Shown piece after piece: positions 10,356-20,914 of a stretch of 64,000 nt of DNA. The stretch is from positions 3,296,001 through 3,360,000 of the forward strand of contig OY761611.1 of the NCBI GenBank assembly GCA_963664875.1, in the 5' to 3' direction. The notes below the pieces were generated by a model. That model was not told the origin of the DNA, searched no databases, and saw only the letters and a list, made by a program, of their open reading frames with translations. The translations under genes and the position numbers were made by a program. The stretch comes from Candidatus Kapaibacterium sp. Lineage in GTDB: Bacteria > Bacteroidota > Ignavibacteria > Kapaibacteriales > UBA2268. The stretch's first letter is position 1, and the number at the start of each line of letters is the position of its first letter.

Positions 10356-11120
10356 TCAGAGGTCTGATAGATTGTATTTCGACGGGAAATATACTCCTGT
10401 TAGCACTAAGCCTTCGGGAGGTGAAACCGTAATTTTCAAACTCCTATCACATCTTTCGAAAGCTTGCACGAGGTCTTCTTTGGTCAATCTACCTCTTGCT
10501 GCTTCGAGGCATGCTCCAACAATCATTCTGACCATGCTGTAAACAAAACGATTTGCCTCTATGTCAAGCCTGTATTCAACATCAGAAATTTTGTACCATT
10601 GACATTTCGTAACATTGCATCTATAATGACTATATGCCGGATTATATTTGGAAAATGGAGTAAAATCTTTTTCTCCGATAAAAATGTCCTGCACAGCAAA
10701 AAGCAAATCCGGATTGATAGGGTATTTGTAATATGCGTGAAATCTATTATAAAACACGGTGTCTTTCAAAACCAAATTATATGAATAGGCTCTTCCTATA
10801 GCATCAAACCTTGGATGAAATTCCTGATGAATAATTTTTGCACCTCTGATTCTAATATCTCGGGGAAGTCTGGTGTTAAATGCAGTAATGATTTTATGAT
10901 CGGGTATAGAAAAACTATCATGAAGCTCTACAGCTGCTACCTGCCCTGAAGCATGAACTCCTGTATCTGTCCTGCCGGAGCCATTGATGCGGTAATTCGA
11001 GCCTGTAAGCCTGTGCAGAGCTGATTCTATCTCGCCTTGGACAGAGCGTGCATTTGGTTGCACCTGCCAGCCGGAAAAGTCCGTTCCGTCATATTCAATT
11101 TTTAAAACCAAGTTTCGCAT
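10356..11120 (-). CDS. truA: tRNA pseudouridine(38-40) synthase
   Basis: EYDGTDFSGWQ.Q, GRTDTGVHA, FH.RF.A, ANRF.Y.MVR, GL.L. Confidence 0.95.
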   Translation of the reverse strand: MRNLVLKIEYDGTDFSGWQVQPNARSVQGEIESALHRLTGSNYRINGSGRTDTGVHASGQVAAVELHDSFSIPDHKIITAFNTRLPRDIRIRGAKIIHQEFHPRFDAIGRAYSYNLVLKDTVFYNRFHAYYKYPINPDLLFAVQDIFIGEKDFTPFSKYNPAYSHYRCNVTKCQWYKISDVEYRLDIEANRFVYSMVRMIVGACLEAARGRLTKEDLVQAFERCDRSLKITVSPPEGLVLTGVYFPSKYNLSDL

Positions 11121-11248
11121 AGTGCCCTCAAAAGATATATGCGAATATATGGATTTTTAGTGAAAGATTAAGTTTTGAGTGAGGAAGAAGGGTGTTTCGA
11201 AATATCGGATTTCCGTGAGTATGTGCCTGATGACTGAATTTGTGTAAT

Positions 11249-11290
11249 AAAAAAAGAGCAGTAGCTGATACATTTGCCTTGCTACTGCTC
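11249..11290 (-). terminator. Intrinsic terminator after the RSH gene
   Basis: GAGCAGTAGC...GCTACTGCTC followed by T7 on the minus strand. Confidence 0.7.
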
Positions 11291-11321
11291 CGATTCAATT
11301 CTTTTCAATCTTATATCAATT

Positions 11322-13133
11322 CTATATTTGTTCTTCAAATTTTTCTACAGAGCGGATGCCTTTCACACCTAAAAGTCTTGCAAAAATTTGATTCAATTCT
11401 CTGGCATCTGCTACTTTGACAGTAATAGCCCCTTCAAAATTTGTACCTGATGTGTCGAGGTTGATTCTGACTATGTTGTTTTGCCCGATAGCAGCCGATA
11501 TATCACTTAGCATACCCTCGCGGTCATCACCGCTGACTACAAGTTTAGCCATGAAGTTTGTTCTTTGCTTTTTGATTTCATCTTCTACAGGGTTTTCTTT
11601 GAAGTAATTGTGGAGAGCCACTACTGCTTTATGCGAAATGACGTTGTTTTTCCATTCGGGCTTTGGCAACATGTTAGGCGAAGTAATTATTTCTACTTGG
11701 TCGCCGTTTTTGAGTTTGTGAGTGATATCTTTGAGGACACCGTTTACTTTGGCAGTTATTAGGTTTAGCCCCCATTCGTAGCCTTTATTAAAGGCAAAGT
11801 CGATTAGAGTAGCACCTTTTGGAAGAGTAATGGTCCTGCCTTCTTTAGTAAAAACGCTTAGCTCTGAGTCGAAGAGATTCACCTTGATAGCGTCCCAGAT
11901 GATTTGAGCTGCTCTTGTGCCTTCGTGTTCTATCATGTCCTGCATCCAGTCGCCCCAGCGTATGATGTCATTATCGCTAAACTGAAGAGCTCTAATCCTT
12001 CCGCTTCTTAGAGAAAATTTAGAGGCAAAGCCTTCTTCGCTGATTTTTTCCATCTCGCTCGAACGGATTAGTATTTCAACACGCTTTCCGTCCGGCCCGA
12101 AAAGTTCTGTTTTGAGAGCTTTGAACCAGTCAATTTTCGGATTAGAAATATAGTCAACAAACTTTATAGTATTAAATGCATTTGCGAGTACCCCATGAGC
12201 CCGGTAACACTCCATCACATCATCGGAATCAACAATAATAACCATAGAGTAGAAATTATCTATATCGCTGATGCTGAGCCCTTCTTCTATCATTTGATAA
12301 ATTTCGTACTCATGCTTATGGACGATAGTAAGTATATGCTCGATTGAGTGTTCCCTAAGCGAATTAGTGATATGGTCGGAAAACACCTTTATATAGTCAA
12401 GGAAATCGCGACGCTTTTCTGTAAGAGCCATTCTAATAGCTTCGTAAGTATCTCTTTCTGAATAGAAAAAAGAGCGATTTTCAAATTCCATTTTGACTTT
12501 ATTAAGCCCAAGTCTATGAGCCAGCGGAGTGTAAAAATTTAAAGTCTCGAGAGCTATTTCTTTTTGTTTATTATCGGGCAGGTAATGCAAAGTTCTTAAA
12601 TTGTGCAATCTGTCAGCAAATTTGATAAGAATTACCCTAATGTCTTTCACCAGTGCAAGGAAAAGTTTTCTGTATGTTTCAGCTTTTTCCTTAAGTTTGA
12701 CTTGCTTAGTTTGCTGAACATCTTCGATTTTAGCACGAATTTCTCTGTGAGCTATTTTTGTAACACTATCTACTATTTCCGCTACATCAGGATTGAAAAG
12801 CTCAGCTATATGGTGCTTTTTGACACCTTTGACATCTTCGATTACATCATGCAAAAGACATGCTGCAAGCGAATTACTATCATGATGAGAAAATTCCCGC
12901 AATAGTATGAGAGTTACATTCAATGGATGAGTATAGTAAGGTAAACCGGATTTCCTATCGACACCTTTGTGCATATCAACACAATACCGGAAAGCTTTTT
13001 CAATAAGCGGTATATCTAATTCCGGGTCAATTTTGTTTATTTCAGATAATAAATATTCCCAATCTTGCTGAGGGTCTTTGCCAAAAGCACTTTGCTCATC
13101 ATATTCCAGTTCGAATTCAAATAGTAATTCCAT
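11322..13133 (-). CDS. Long RelA/SpoT homolog: intact HD hydrolase, degenerate synthetase, TGS, ACT
   Basis: RKSGLPYYTHP, LLHDVIED, KFADRLHN; TGS TLIDFAF...AKVNG; ACT DREGMLSDI; start trimmed to MELLF. Confidence 0.85.
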   Translation of the reverse strand: MELLFEFELEYDEQSAFGKDPQQDWEYLLSEINKIDPELDIPLIEKAFRYCVDMHKGVDRKSGLPYYTHPLNVTLILLREFSHHDSNSLAACLLHDVIEDVKGVKKHHIAELFNPDVAEIVDSVTKIAHREIRAKIEDVQQTKQVKLKEKAETYRKLFLALVKDIRVILIKFADRLHNLRTLHYLPDNKQKEIALETLNFYTPLAHRLGLNKVKMEFENRSFFYSERDTYEAIRMALTEKRRDFLDYIKVFSDHITNSLREHSIEHILTIVHKHEYEIYQMIEEGLSISDIDNFYSMVIIVDSDDVMECYRAHGVLANAFNTIKFVDYISNPKIDWFKALKTELFGPDGKRVEILIRSSEMEKISEEGFASKFSLRSGRIRALQFSDNDIIRWGDWMQDMIEHEGTRAAQIIWDAIKVNLFDSELSVFTKEGRTITLPKGATLIDFAFNKGYEWGLNLITAKVNGVLKDITHKLKNGDQVEIITSPNMLPKPEWKNNVISHKAVVALHNYFKENPVEDEIKKQRTNFMAKLVVSGDDREGMLSDISAAIGQNNIVRINLDTSGTNFEGAITVKVADARELNQIFARLLGVKGIRSVEKFEEQI

Positions 13134-13294
13134 TGTCGCATTCCGATTGTAGTTGTCAAATCCGATTGTAAAAAAGAAATAAATAAGACTTATAACCAAA
13201 AAATTTAAAATACAAATAAGAAATCACTTGCTATTAAGTATTTTTTCCCTTTTATTTAGAAACTATCGAAACCAATCAATATTTTGAGAAAATT

Positions 13295-14338
13295 ATGAAA
13301 AGGCGTGATTTTATTTGTCTAACTGCTGTTTTGCCACTATTTACAAATGGTCTTTTTGCTAATAAGAATAAAATCAAAAATAATGTAATAAACAAACCGA
13401 AAGCAATAAAAAAAGGAAGTAAAATTGGAATTGTTGCTCCGGGTTCTGCTGTAAGCTCACCTGCAGACATACAGAAGGCTGAAGAAGTGCTCGATTATTT
13501 CGGATTTGTCCCTGTATGGGGGAAAAATGTTAGCTCCGGCTCGGGCTATAAAACTCGTAGCTCTCGCGAAAGGCTTTCTGATTTCAATGGTTTTATTAGG
13601 GATAATGAAATTGATGCTATTATGGCTGTCAGAGGTGGCTACGGTTCGGCTTATTTGTTACAGGGTCTTGACTATAAAGCATTAGCCGCCAATCCAAAAC
13701 TCATTATTGGCTACAGCGATATTACCGCCTTATTGATGGCTGTTTACAAAAAATCCGGAATTGTTGGTTTGCATGGCCCGGTTCTTCTTTCTGATTTCGA
13801 CGATCTTACCACAGATTGCTTTTCAAAAATGATTAGTGGCAATGCTACAAATTTTATACTTCATAATCCTGAAAGCAAAGATGGTTTGCGTACCACTAAC
13901 AGATGCAGAACTATTACTCCCGGTAAAGCGACAGGTAAACTAATTGGCGGTAATTTAAGTATGATCTGCTCACTAATGGGCACTCCATACGAACCTGATA
14001 CCACGGATCATATATTATTTCTCGAAGATGTGGGAGAAGCACCTTACCGCATAGACAGAATGCTTATGCAGCTAAAAATGGGAGGTAAGTTCGAAAAAGT
14101 CAAAGCTATTGTATGGGGGAGATGTAACGACTGCCTGCCCGGCGACAGCAGAGGAACGTGGGATTCTGATTTAGATGAAGTATTAGACAGAATACTGGGG
14201 CAATTAAAAGTCCCTTGCTTTTCAGGTTTGCTTTTCGGTCATACAGATAGTCAGTTCACCTTGCCTATTGGAATCGAAGCTGAACTTGATGCTGACTCTC
14301 ATACCATAAAAATCCTCGAAGAGGCGGTAGAGCTTTAG
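13295..14338 (+). CDS. S66 LD-carboxypeptidase with Tat signal
   Basis: KRRDFI; RGGYG, GYSDITAL, GGNLS, FLEDVGE, FGH. Confidence 0.9.
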   Translation: MKRRDFICLTAVLPLFTNGLFANKNKIKNNVINKPKAIKKGSKIGIVAPGSAVSSPADIQKAEEVLDYFGFVPVWGKNVSSGSGYKTRSSRERLSDFNGFIRDNEIDAIMAVRGGYGSAYLLQGLDYKALAANPKLIIGYSDITALLMAVYKKSGIVGLHGPVLLSDFDDLTTDCFSKMISGNATNFILHNPESKDGLRTTNRCRTITPGKATGKLIGGNLSMICSLMGTPYEPDTTDHILFLEDVGEAPYRIDRMLMQLKMGGKFEKVKAIVWGRCNDCLPGDSRGTWDSDLDEVLDRILGQLKVPCFSGLLFGHTDSQFTLPIGIEAELDADSHTIKILEEAVEL

Positions 14339-14451
14339 TATTTCGCTGTTTATATGGATTTTATGTTAAATTACAGAAAGTATTAACGAATGTACTTCTT
14401 GCTGTATGTCTTTTTTATAGATTGTAACCTGATACAATACGGAGTAAAAAA

Positions 14452-15642
14452 ATGGAATCTATAAAAGAGCTTTTTAAGGTTGGCAATGGTCCTTCCAGTA
14501 GTCACACTATCGGACCACGCAAAGCTGCCATCATGTTTAGAGAAAGATACCCTGAAGTTAGTAGCTACAGAGTTACTTTGTATGGCTCTTTAGCCGCAAC
14601 AGGCGTGGGACACTTAACGGACAGAGCAATTTACAACGAGCTTGGTGAAGATAATACAGAATTGATATTTAGACCTGAAATTGAGTTGGATTACCATCCT
14701 AACGGTTTGAAATTTGAAGCTCTCAATGAAGAAGGCGATACTCAGGGTGACTGGATAGTTTACAGCGTAGGCGGTGGTCAGCTCTATGACGGCAAAATCA
14801 AAGAAGAGAAGAAAGAAATATATGATTTGACAAGCATGAAAGAAATTTTGAGATGGTGCAAACAATACGGTAACCAGTTCTGGGAATTTGTACAGGCAAA
14901 AGAAGAAAGTGATATTTGGGACTATCTCGAGTATGTCTGGAAAGTAATGGAAGATTCGGTTCGTCGTGGATTAGATGAAGAAGGCACTATCCCCGGTGGT
15001 TTGAATTTATCAAGAAAAGCATCGTCGTATTATGCAAAAGCAAAAGGCTATAGAAGCTCGCTCAAAAGACGCTCGCTTACTTTTGCTTATGCCTTGGCAG
15101 TAGCAGAAGAAAATGCATCCGGTGGACTCATCGTTACAGCTCCTACCTGCGGATCGAGTGGAGTCTTGCCTGCAGTTCTATTTATGCTCCGACATGATTT
15201 CGAATTTTCTAAGAAAAAAATCCTAAGAGCACTTGCAACAGCGGGAATTATAGGAAATTTGGTAAAACACAATGCATCAATTTCGGGTGCAAAAGTAGGT
15301 TGCCAAGGAGAAATCGGTACTGCCTGTGCTATGGCTTCGGGTGCTGCTACTCAAGTGTTTGGCGGCACTGTCTCGCAAATCGAATATGCCGCTGAGATGG
15401 GACTGGAACATCACTTAGGACTGACCTGCGACCCAATCGGCGGATTAGTGCAGGTGCCTTGTATAGAAAGAAATGCTTTTGGTGCTACCCGTGCATTAGA
15501 CTCCTCTACATATGCGATACTTTCAGATGGCAGCCATTTAGTTTCTTTCGACAAAATAGTAAGAACTATGAAACAGACAGGTCATGACTTACCTTCGATC
15601 TATAAAGAAACTTCGATGGGCGGTTTGGCTATCGACTTATAA
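14452..15642 (+). CDS. sdaA: L-serine ammonia-lyase (Fe-S, single chain)
   Basis: GPSSSHT, VTAPTCG, GCQGEIG, GLTCDP...PCIERN. Confidence 0.93.
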   Translation: MESIKELFKVGNGPSSSHTIGPRKAAIMFRERYPEVSSYRVTLYGSLAATGVGHLTDRAIYNELGEDNTELIFRPEIELDYHPNGLKFEALNEEGDTQGDWIVYSVGGGQLYDGKIKEEKKEIYDLTSMKEILRWCKQYGNQFWEFVQAKEESDIWDYLEYVWKVMEDSVRRGLDEEGTIPGGLNLSRKASSYYAKAKGYRSSLKRRSLTFAYALAVAEENASGGLIVTAPTCGSSGVLPAVLFMLRHDFEFSKKKILRALATAGIIGNLVKHNASISGAKVGCQGEIGTACAMASGAATQVFGGTVSQIEYAAEMGLEHHLGLTCDPIGGLVQVPCIERNAFGATRALDSSTYAILSDGSHLVSFDKIVRTMKQTGHDLPSIYKETSMGGLAIDL

Positions 15643-15671
15643 ACTTAAATCAATAAAAATATATTGAAAGC

Positions 15672-16865
15672 TTAAGCTTTCTCAGTGTCTTCTTTAGCAG
15701 GGCGGGGTATCGTAATTTTAAAAGTTGCTCCGCTTTTTTTTGCTTCGTCAGTATATTCGTACCAAACTTCACCGTTCATAGCCTCTACTAACCTTTTGAC
15801 TATCGAAAGCCCCAAGCCGGATGAGATTTCGTTATCTGTTGGTTTGTTTGATGTTTGACTAAATTTGTCAAACAGTTTTTCCTGTTCCTCTTCTTTGACT
15901 CCCGGACCTTCGTCGCTAATAGAAATTAGCATAGTTTTAGATTCAGGATTTAACTTATCGTAGTCCTCTACTGATATAATTATTTTAGTATAAAAAGGCG
16001 AAAACTTAAATGCGTTGGAGATTAGGTTTTCAATTACCTGCTCCATTTTGACTTCGTCTGCCAATATTATTTTATTAAGAGTGTCAGCTCTGTACTCAAT
16101 ATTGATTCTTTTCTTTTGGGCTACAGTAGTATATGATTTGATTAGCTTATTGATAATCCTATCTATATTTAGCTTTTGGATATTTACCTGTAGCTTGCCT
16201 TCTTCCATTTTATTTATTTCAAGCAAATCATTGACAATAAGATACATTCTCTGAGCAATATCTTCCATTTGCAACAAACGTTCTTTTTTCTGGTCTTCAG
16301 TCATCTTGTTGCTATAGAGCTTAAGAAGTTCGATGTTGCTAAGCACAGATTGGAGTGGGTTTCGCAAATCATGAGCCGTAATGCCCATAAATTCGTTTTT
16401 TTCATGGAGGAGTTTTTCCATTTTCCTGTTTTGTTCAGCAATCTTGCGATTTTGCTCCATTATTCGGTCTTTGGCAAATTTTAGTTCCAGATGAGTACGA
16501 GTACGTGCCAATAGTTCGTTTTTCTTAGCAGGTTTGATGACATAGTCAACAGCACCAAGCTGAAAACCGCGCATAAGTTTATCAGATTCATCTAACGAAG
16601 TGAAAAATATTACGGGAACTTCTTTTAATCTATCTATGGCTTTGATTCTTTGGATAGTTTCAAAACCATCCATCTTTGGCATTACAATATCCAATAAAAT
16701 CAAATCCGGAGTGATTTTTTCCAATATTTTCATAGCCTGCAGCCCGTCTTGAGCCATAGAAATATTCAAGCCTGCCTGTTTTAGGTAGCCGCCGACTTCT
16801 TTTAGATTTTTTATCATGTCATCTACTACTAATACAGTAGGTCTTGAGTTGTTTGTAGTTTCCAT
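15672..16865 (-). CDS. Hybrid response regulator/histidine kinase (REC-HisKA-HATPase)
   Basis: VVDD, LLDIVMP.MDG, AHDLRNPL, NLISNA.K, DEGPG, GLGL. Confidence 0.92.
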   Translation of the reverse strand: METTNNSRPTVLVVDDMIKNLKEVGGYLKQAGLNISMAQDGLQAMKILEKITPDLILLDIVMPKMDGFETIQRIKAIDRLKEVPVIFFTSLDESDKLMRGFQLGAVDYVIKPAKKNELLARTRTHLELKFAKDRIMEQNRKIAEQNRKMEKLLHEKNEFMGITAHDLRNPLQSVLSNIELLKLYSNKMTEDQKKERLLQMEDIAQRMYLIVNDLLEINKMEEGKLQVNIQKLNIDRIINKLIKSYTTVAQKKRINIEYRADTLNKIILADEVKMEQVIENLISNAFKFSPFYTKIIISVEDYDKLNPESKTMLISISDEGPGVKEEEQEKLFDKFSQTSNKPTDNEISSGLGLSIVKRLVEAMNGEVWYEYTDEAKKSGATFKITIPRPAKEDTEKA

Positions 16866-16866
16866 A

Positions 16867-19029
16867 TTATTTTTCTAATCTGATAAAAGCATTCAAATTG
16901 TTTTCTATATCTATCAAATCAAAATTGTCGCAATTTTGTTCTAATTGCTCTGCGAATGTGATTATCTGCTGATTATCATATTGCATTGCTATTTCTTTCA
17001 GATTTCCCGCAAATAGTGCTATGTCGTCGATAAGCATTATACCGAGCAATTCTTTAGCTTTAGGGATATAGTAAGTATCCAAAACTGAGAATAGCTCTTC
17101 GTTAATGTCTGAACTATCAAAGTTAGAAACAGGCACAACGGACTCGAGCATTTCTTCGATTGCTTCCAATGACTCAGCATTATTGTCAGAAGTTGCTTCA
17201 TAGTCAGTTGCCGGTTCTTTGCTATATTTTACGCTATTGCCGGGAGGTAGCTCTATTTTGAAAGTACTGCCTTTTCCGATGGTACTTTCTACAGAAATTT
17301 TACCTTGATTTTTATGTATAAATTCATGGCATAAAATCAAGCCCAACCCCGTTCCTCTTTCTTGTTGAGTTCCTGTTGTTGAGTGGTAGATGTCAATTCT
17401 GAATAGATTTCTGATGTCTTCATCTCTCATACCTACGCCGTTGTCTATCACAGAGACTTCGACATTCTCGGCTGTGCCTTTGCTAACTATTAGCACTTTG
17501 CCGCCCGGATGCGTAAATTTAATTGCGTTTGAGATTAGATTGCGAAGTACGGTATAAATCATATTCTCATCCGCATACGCTATCTGATTGCCTAAGGATC
17601 TATGCTCTAAGACAATTTGCTTATTTGCTGCACCTTGTGACATCAGAGAAATATTATGTTCTATAAGCTGATCGATATGAATATCTTCAGGCTGGAAATT
17701 TATTCTGTTACTTTGAGCACGTGACCATTGTAATAAGTTTTCCAGCAAGGAAGTAATCTGCTTAGCTGATTTGAATATAGCATTGAGCAGCTCCATTGTT
17801 TCTTCCTTTTCGAGCTTGTCAAACTCTTTGATGATTACCTCTGTAAGGTTCGTAAAGGAATGAATCGGACTTTTTAGGTCATGAGCTATAATTGAAAAGA
17901 ATTTATCTTTAGTGGCATTTGCCTGGCGAAGTTGTTCTTCCGAATCTGCAAGCCTTTCGTTGAGAGATATGGCACGGAAAGCGTCTTGGGTGATTGTGTC
18001 GCGCGATGAAGTAAGCTCTTCTATAAGCTCTTCATGCTCTTCTTGTGCTCTTTTCATTTGGGTAATGTCTGTAGCAATTCCCCAATAGCTGATTTCTGAT
18101 ATAGGATAATCATTTTTAAAAGTGGTAAAGGACAGCACTACTCGTTTTTCATTTCTATTGAAATCAATTTCGTAGTCAATTAGTTTTTCTTTTTTATCAA
18201 TAGCAGCAAAAAAGTCGCGGGTTAGGAAGTTTTCGGCTATGATGCCGGAAAACGTAGATTTCCAGTTATTGCCTAATGCTTTGTGTTTTCCAACTCCGGT
18301 AAGTTCGTCTGCTGCCTTATTCCATATAATGATATTGTCATTGTAATCTAAAGCAAAAAGCAACACCGGTATAGAATCGATTAGTTTCAACAGACGATTA
18401 TGCTCTTTTAGCAGAGATTCATTTTTGCAGATAATATCAGTAATATCCCAAAAATCATAGTTGTATTCGCTACCGTTTTGGTTTAATAAGACTCCGCATG
18501 TAAGATTTGCCTGTGTTTTTGATTTCAAATGCAAAATAAAGCGTTTTTTACTGTCATCACCCTCGGCAATTGCTGCTTTGTGTTTATTTAGTTTTTCTAT
18601 TTCTGCAGGGTAGAAAATCGATTTTAATGTAATCTTTTCATTTTTAGCTAAAGACATACCGACAAGTCTTTCAAATGCTGCATTATATAGTGTGATTGTA
18701 CCGTTTATCTCCTTGAAAGAAGCTATATTACTTTGTAGGAAATCATAACTATGTTGCTGCGTATTAAATTCTGCAAGTAATAACTGATTGTCGTCGCTGA
18801 TTAGAGTGCTGAGCCGGATAGAAAAACTCACCCCGTTTATTTCTTCAAAGTACTGCGTTTTTTTTGTGACTTTGTATTCTCTAACTAAGGCAAGAGTCAA
18901 TTCCTCTGCATTGTCCTGATAGATGAGAGCATAGTGTGAACTGTTACGATAAATCAATTTACCGCTATGCGTGAAAACACAGATAGGAGTTTGCAAAAAA
19001 TCAAAAATATTATATGTAGTATTTTCCAA
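16867..19029 (-). CDS. PAS-domain sensor histidine kinase with C-terminal helical domain
   Basis: PAS WNKAA.ELTG, IIAHDLKSP, NLISNAIKF, DNGVG, GTGLGL. Confidence 0.9.
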   Translation of the reverse strand: MENTTYNIFDFLQTPICVFTHSGKLIYRNSSHYALIYQDNAEELTLALVREYKVTKKTQYFEEINGVSFSIRLSTLISDDNQLLLAEFNTQQHSYDFLQSNIASFKEINGTITLYNAAFERLVGMSLAKNEKITLKSIFYPAEIEKLNKHKAAIAEGDDSKKRFILHLKSKTQANLTCGVLLNQNGSEYNYDFWDITDIICKNESLLKEHNRLLKLIDSIPVLLFALDYNDNIIIWNKAADELTGVGKHKALGNNWKSTFSGIIAENFLTRDFFAAIDKKEKLIDYEIDFNRNEKRVVLSFTTFKNDYPISEISYWGIATDITQMKRAQEEHEELIEELTSSRDTITQDAFRAISLNERLADSEEQLRQANATKDKFFSIIAHDLKSPIHSFTNLTEVIIKEFDKLEKEETMELLNAIFKSAKQITSLLENLLQWSRAQSNRINFQPEDIHIDQLIEHNISLMSQGAANKQIVLEHRSLGNQIAYADENMIYTVLRNLISNAIKFTHPGGKVLIVSKGTAENVEVSVIDNGVGMRDEDIRNLFRIDIYHSTTGTQQERGTGLGLILCHEFIHKNQGKISVESTIGKGSTFKIELPPGNSVKYSKEPATDYEATSDNNAESLEAIEEMLESVVPVSNFDSSDINEELFSVLDTYYIPKAKELLGIMLIDDIALFAGNLKEIAMQYDNQQIITFAEQLEQNCDNFDLIDIENNLNAFIRLEK

Positions 19030-19398
19030 AGCGAATATTCACTATTATATAAAAATATCAAATACCTTAGATTAGAGACAGTATTATAGAGTCAGTATTG
19101 CAAAAATATGACAGAAATATATCCTAAACAAATTATTTGCAAAAATCGGTATTAATACTTAACCGATGTAACTAAGTGTTTTCCGCAGTTTAGTTTTAAA
19201 ACTATTCATCTAAATGCTTTATTTGTAAGATTAATAAAAATTATAGTGGGGTAAAGATGATATGTCTATATTTTTTACTAATTTGCAAACTTAGATAAGT
19301 GTAGCTTTGCATAATCAATAATTCCACACTGATTTGGGTTAGGCAAATGCCGGACTTAGTTCCTTTTAAGAATGTATATCTTAGGTTAAAATATAAAC

Positions 19399-20718
19399 AT
19401 GAATGTTGTTGCTATTGTTGGTCGCCCGAATGTAGGAAAATCTACTCTTTTTAATAGATTGACTATTTACAAAGGTGCTATTGTGGAATCCGAACCGGGT
19501 GTTACCAGAGACAGAATCTATGGTAAATCCGAGTGGAACGGAAAGCTGTTTACTGTGATTGATACAGGCGGGTTTATCCCGGGTAACGAAGATACTATGG
19601 AAAAAGCTATCAGAGAGCAAGCTATGATTGCTATCGAAGAAGCCGATTCGATTATCTTTGTAGTAGATGCCCGCGATGGTGTTACTCCGTTTGATCAGGA
19701 TATTGCAGTTATTTTACGTCAGTCTAATAAGCCTGTAACTTTGGTTGTTAATAAATGTGATAACAGCAATCAGGAAGATTTTGCATACGAATTTTGGAAC
19801 TTAGGCTTGGATCAACCGTATCCTATTTCTGCTATAAATGGCCACAACACCGGTGATTTTCTTGATAAAGTGGTAGAGCCTCTTCGTACTGAAAACAATG
19901 AAGATGAAGATGAAAGATTGAAAATTACTTTCATTGGCAGACCTAATGTCGGTAAATCTTCGCTAACTAATGCCTTGCTTGGCAAAGAAAGGATGATTGT
20001 TACTGATATACCCGGCACTACCCGTGATGCGATTGACTCTGTAATCAAATACCACGGCGAAGAAATTGTACTAATTGACACTGCGGGACTCAGAAGACGC
20101 ACTCACATCAAAGAAAACGTGGAAATGTATAGTACGTTTAGAACTACAAGAGCTATCGAAAGATGCGACATTGCTGTGCTTTTGATTGACGCTACACGTG
20201 GCCTTGAAGATCAGGACAAACGTATTATCAATCAGGCTGAAGCTGCCAGAAAAGGTCTTATCATTGCTGTCAATAAATGGGATCTTGTCGAAAAAGATCA
20301 TAAGACTGCTGATGATTTCACTAAAAAAATCAGAGAAGATCTAAAAACTCTTGACTATGTGCCTATTGTTTATATCTCTGCTGTTACAAAACAGAGAATA
20401 AACAAAATTATAGATATGTCTAAAGAAATTCTTGAAAGAAGAAAATTTAGAGTGAAAACTGCTGAGTTGAATCAAATGCTTCTGCCTGTGTTGGATAAAA
20501 CTCCACCTCCGGCTATCAAAGGTAGAGATTTACGTATAAACTACATCACTCAGGTAAGCAACGAACCACCTGTATTTGCGTTTTTCTGTAACTACCCTGA
20601 TCAGTTGCCTGATTCCTACAAACGCTTTATGGAGCGCCAAATGCGACAGATTTGGAATTTCGAGGGTACTCCTATTTCATTTGTATTCAGAAAGAAAAAT
20701 AAAGATAAATACGAATAG
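19399..20718 (+). CDS. der: Ribosome biogenesis GTPase Der
   Basis: Two GRPNVGKS domains, DTGG/DTAG, NKCD/NKWD, KH-like tail. Confidence 0.97.
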   Translation: MNVVAIVGRPNVGKSTLFNRLTIYKGAIVESEPGVTRDRIYGKSEWNGKLFTVIDTGGFIPGNEDTMEKAIREQAMIAIEEADSIIFVVDARDGVTPFDQDIAVILRQSNKPVTLVVNKCDNSNQEDFAYEFWNLGLDQPYPISAINGHNTGDFLDKVVEPLRTENNEDEDERLKITFIGRPNVGKSSLTNALLGKERMIVTDIPGTTRDAIDSVIKYHGEEIVLIDTAGLRRRTHIKENVEMYSTFRTTRAIERCDIAVLLIDATRGLEDQDKRIINQAEAARKGLIIAVNKWDLVEKDHKTADDFTKKIREDLKTLDYVPIVYISAVTKQRINKIIDMSKEILERRKFRVKTAELNQMLLPVLDKTPPPAIKGRDLRINYITQVSNEPPVFAFFCNYPDQLPDSYKRFMERQMRQIWNFEGTPISFVFRKKNKDKYE

Positions 20719-20738
20719 AAGCGCTGTTAAATCTTTTA

Positions 20739-20790
20739 AAATAAGACTCTTGCAAGGTAGTATGTGCAGCAAGAGTCTTATTTGTTTTTT
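20739..20790 (+). terminator. Intrinsic terminator after der
   Basis: ATAAGACTCTTGC...GCAAGAGTCTTAT plus T-rich tail. Confidence 0.7.
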
Positions 20791-20914
20791 TAACTTCGCC
20801 TAACTATTTTTAGAGTAGTGTACTTAGTAAATTTTGTGTTTGTTATCTCCATTATTGTTTTTATTTTGTAAAGCTAAAGTTAATGTCTTCCACATTTAGT
20901 TTTTTAAAAAAAAG

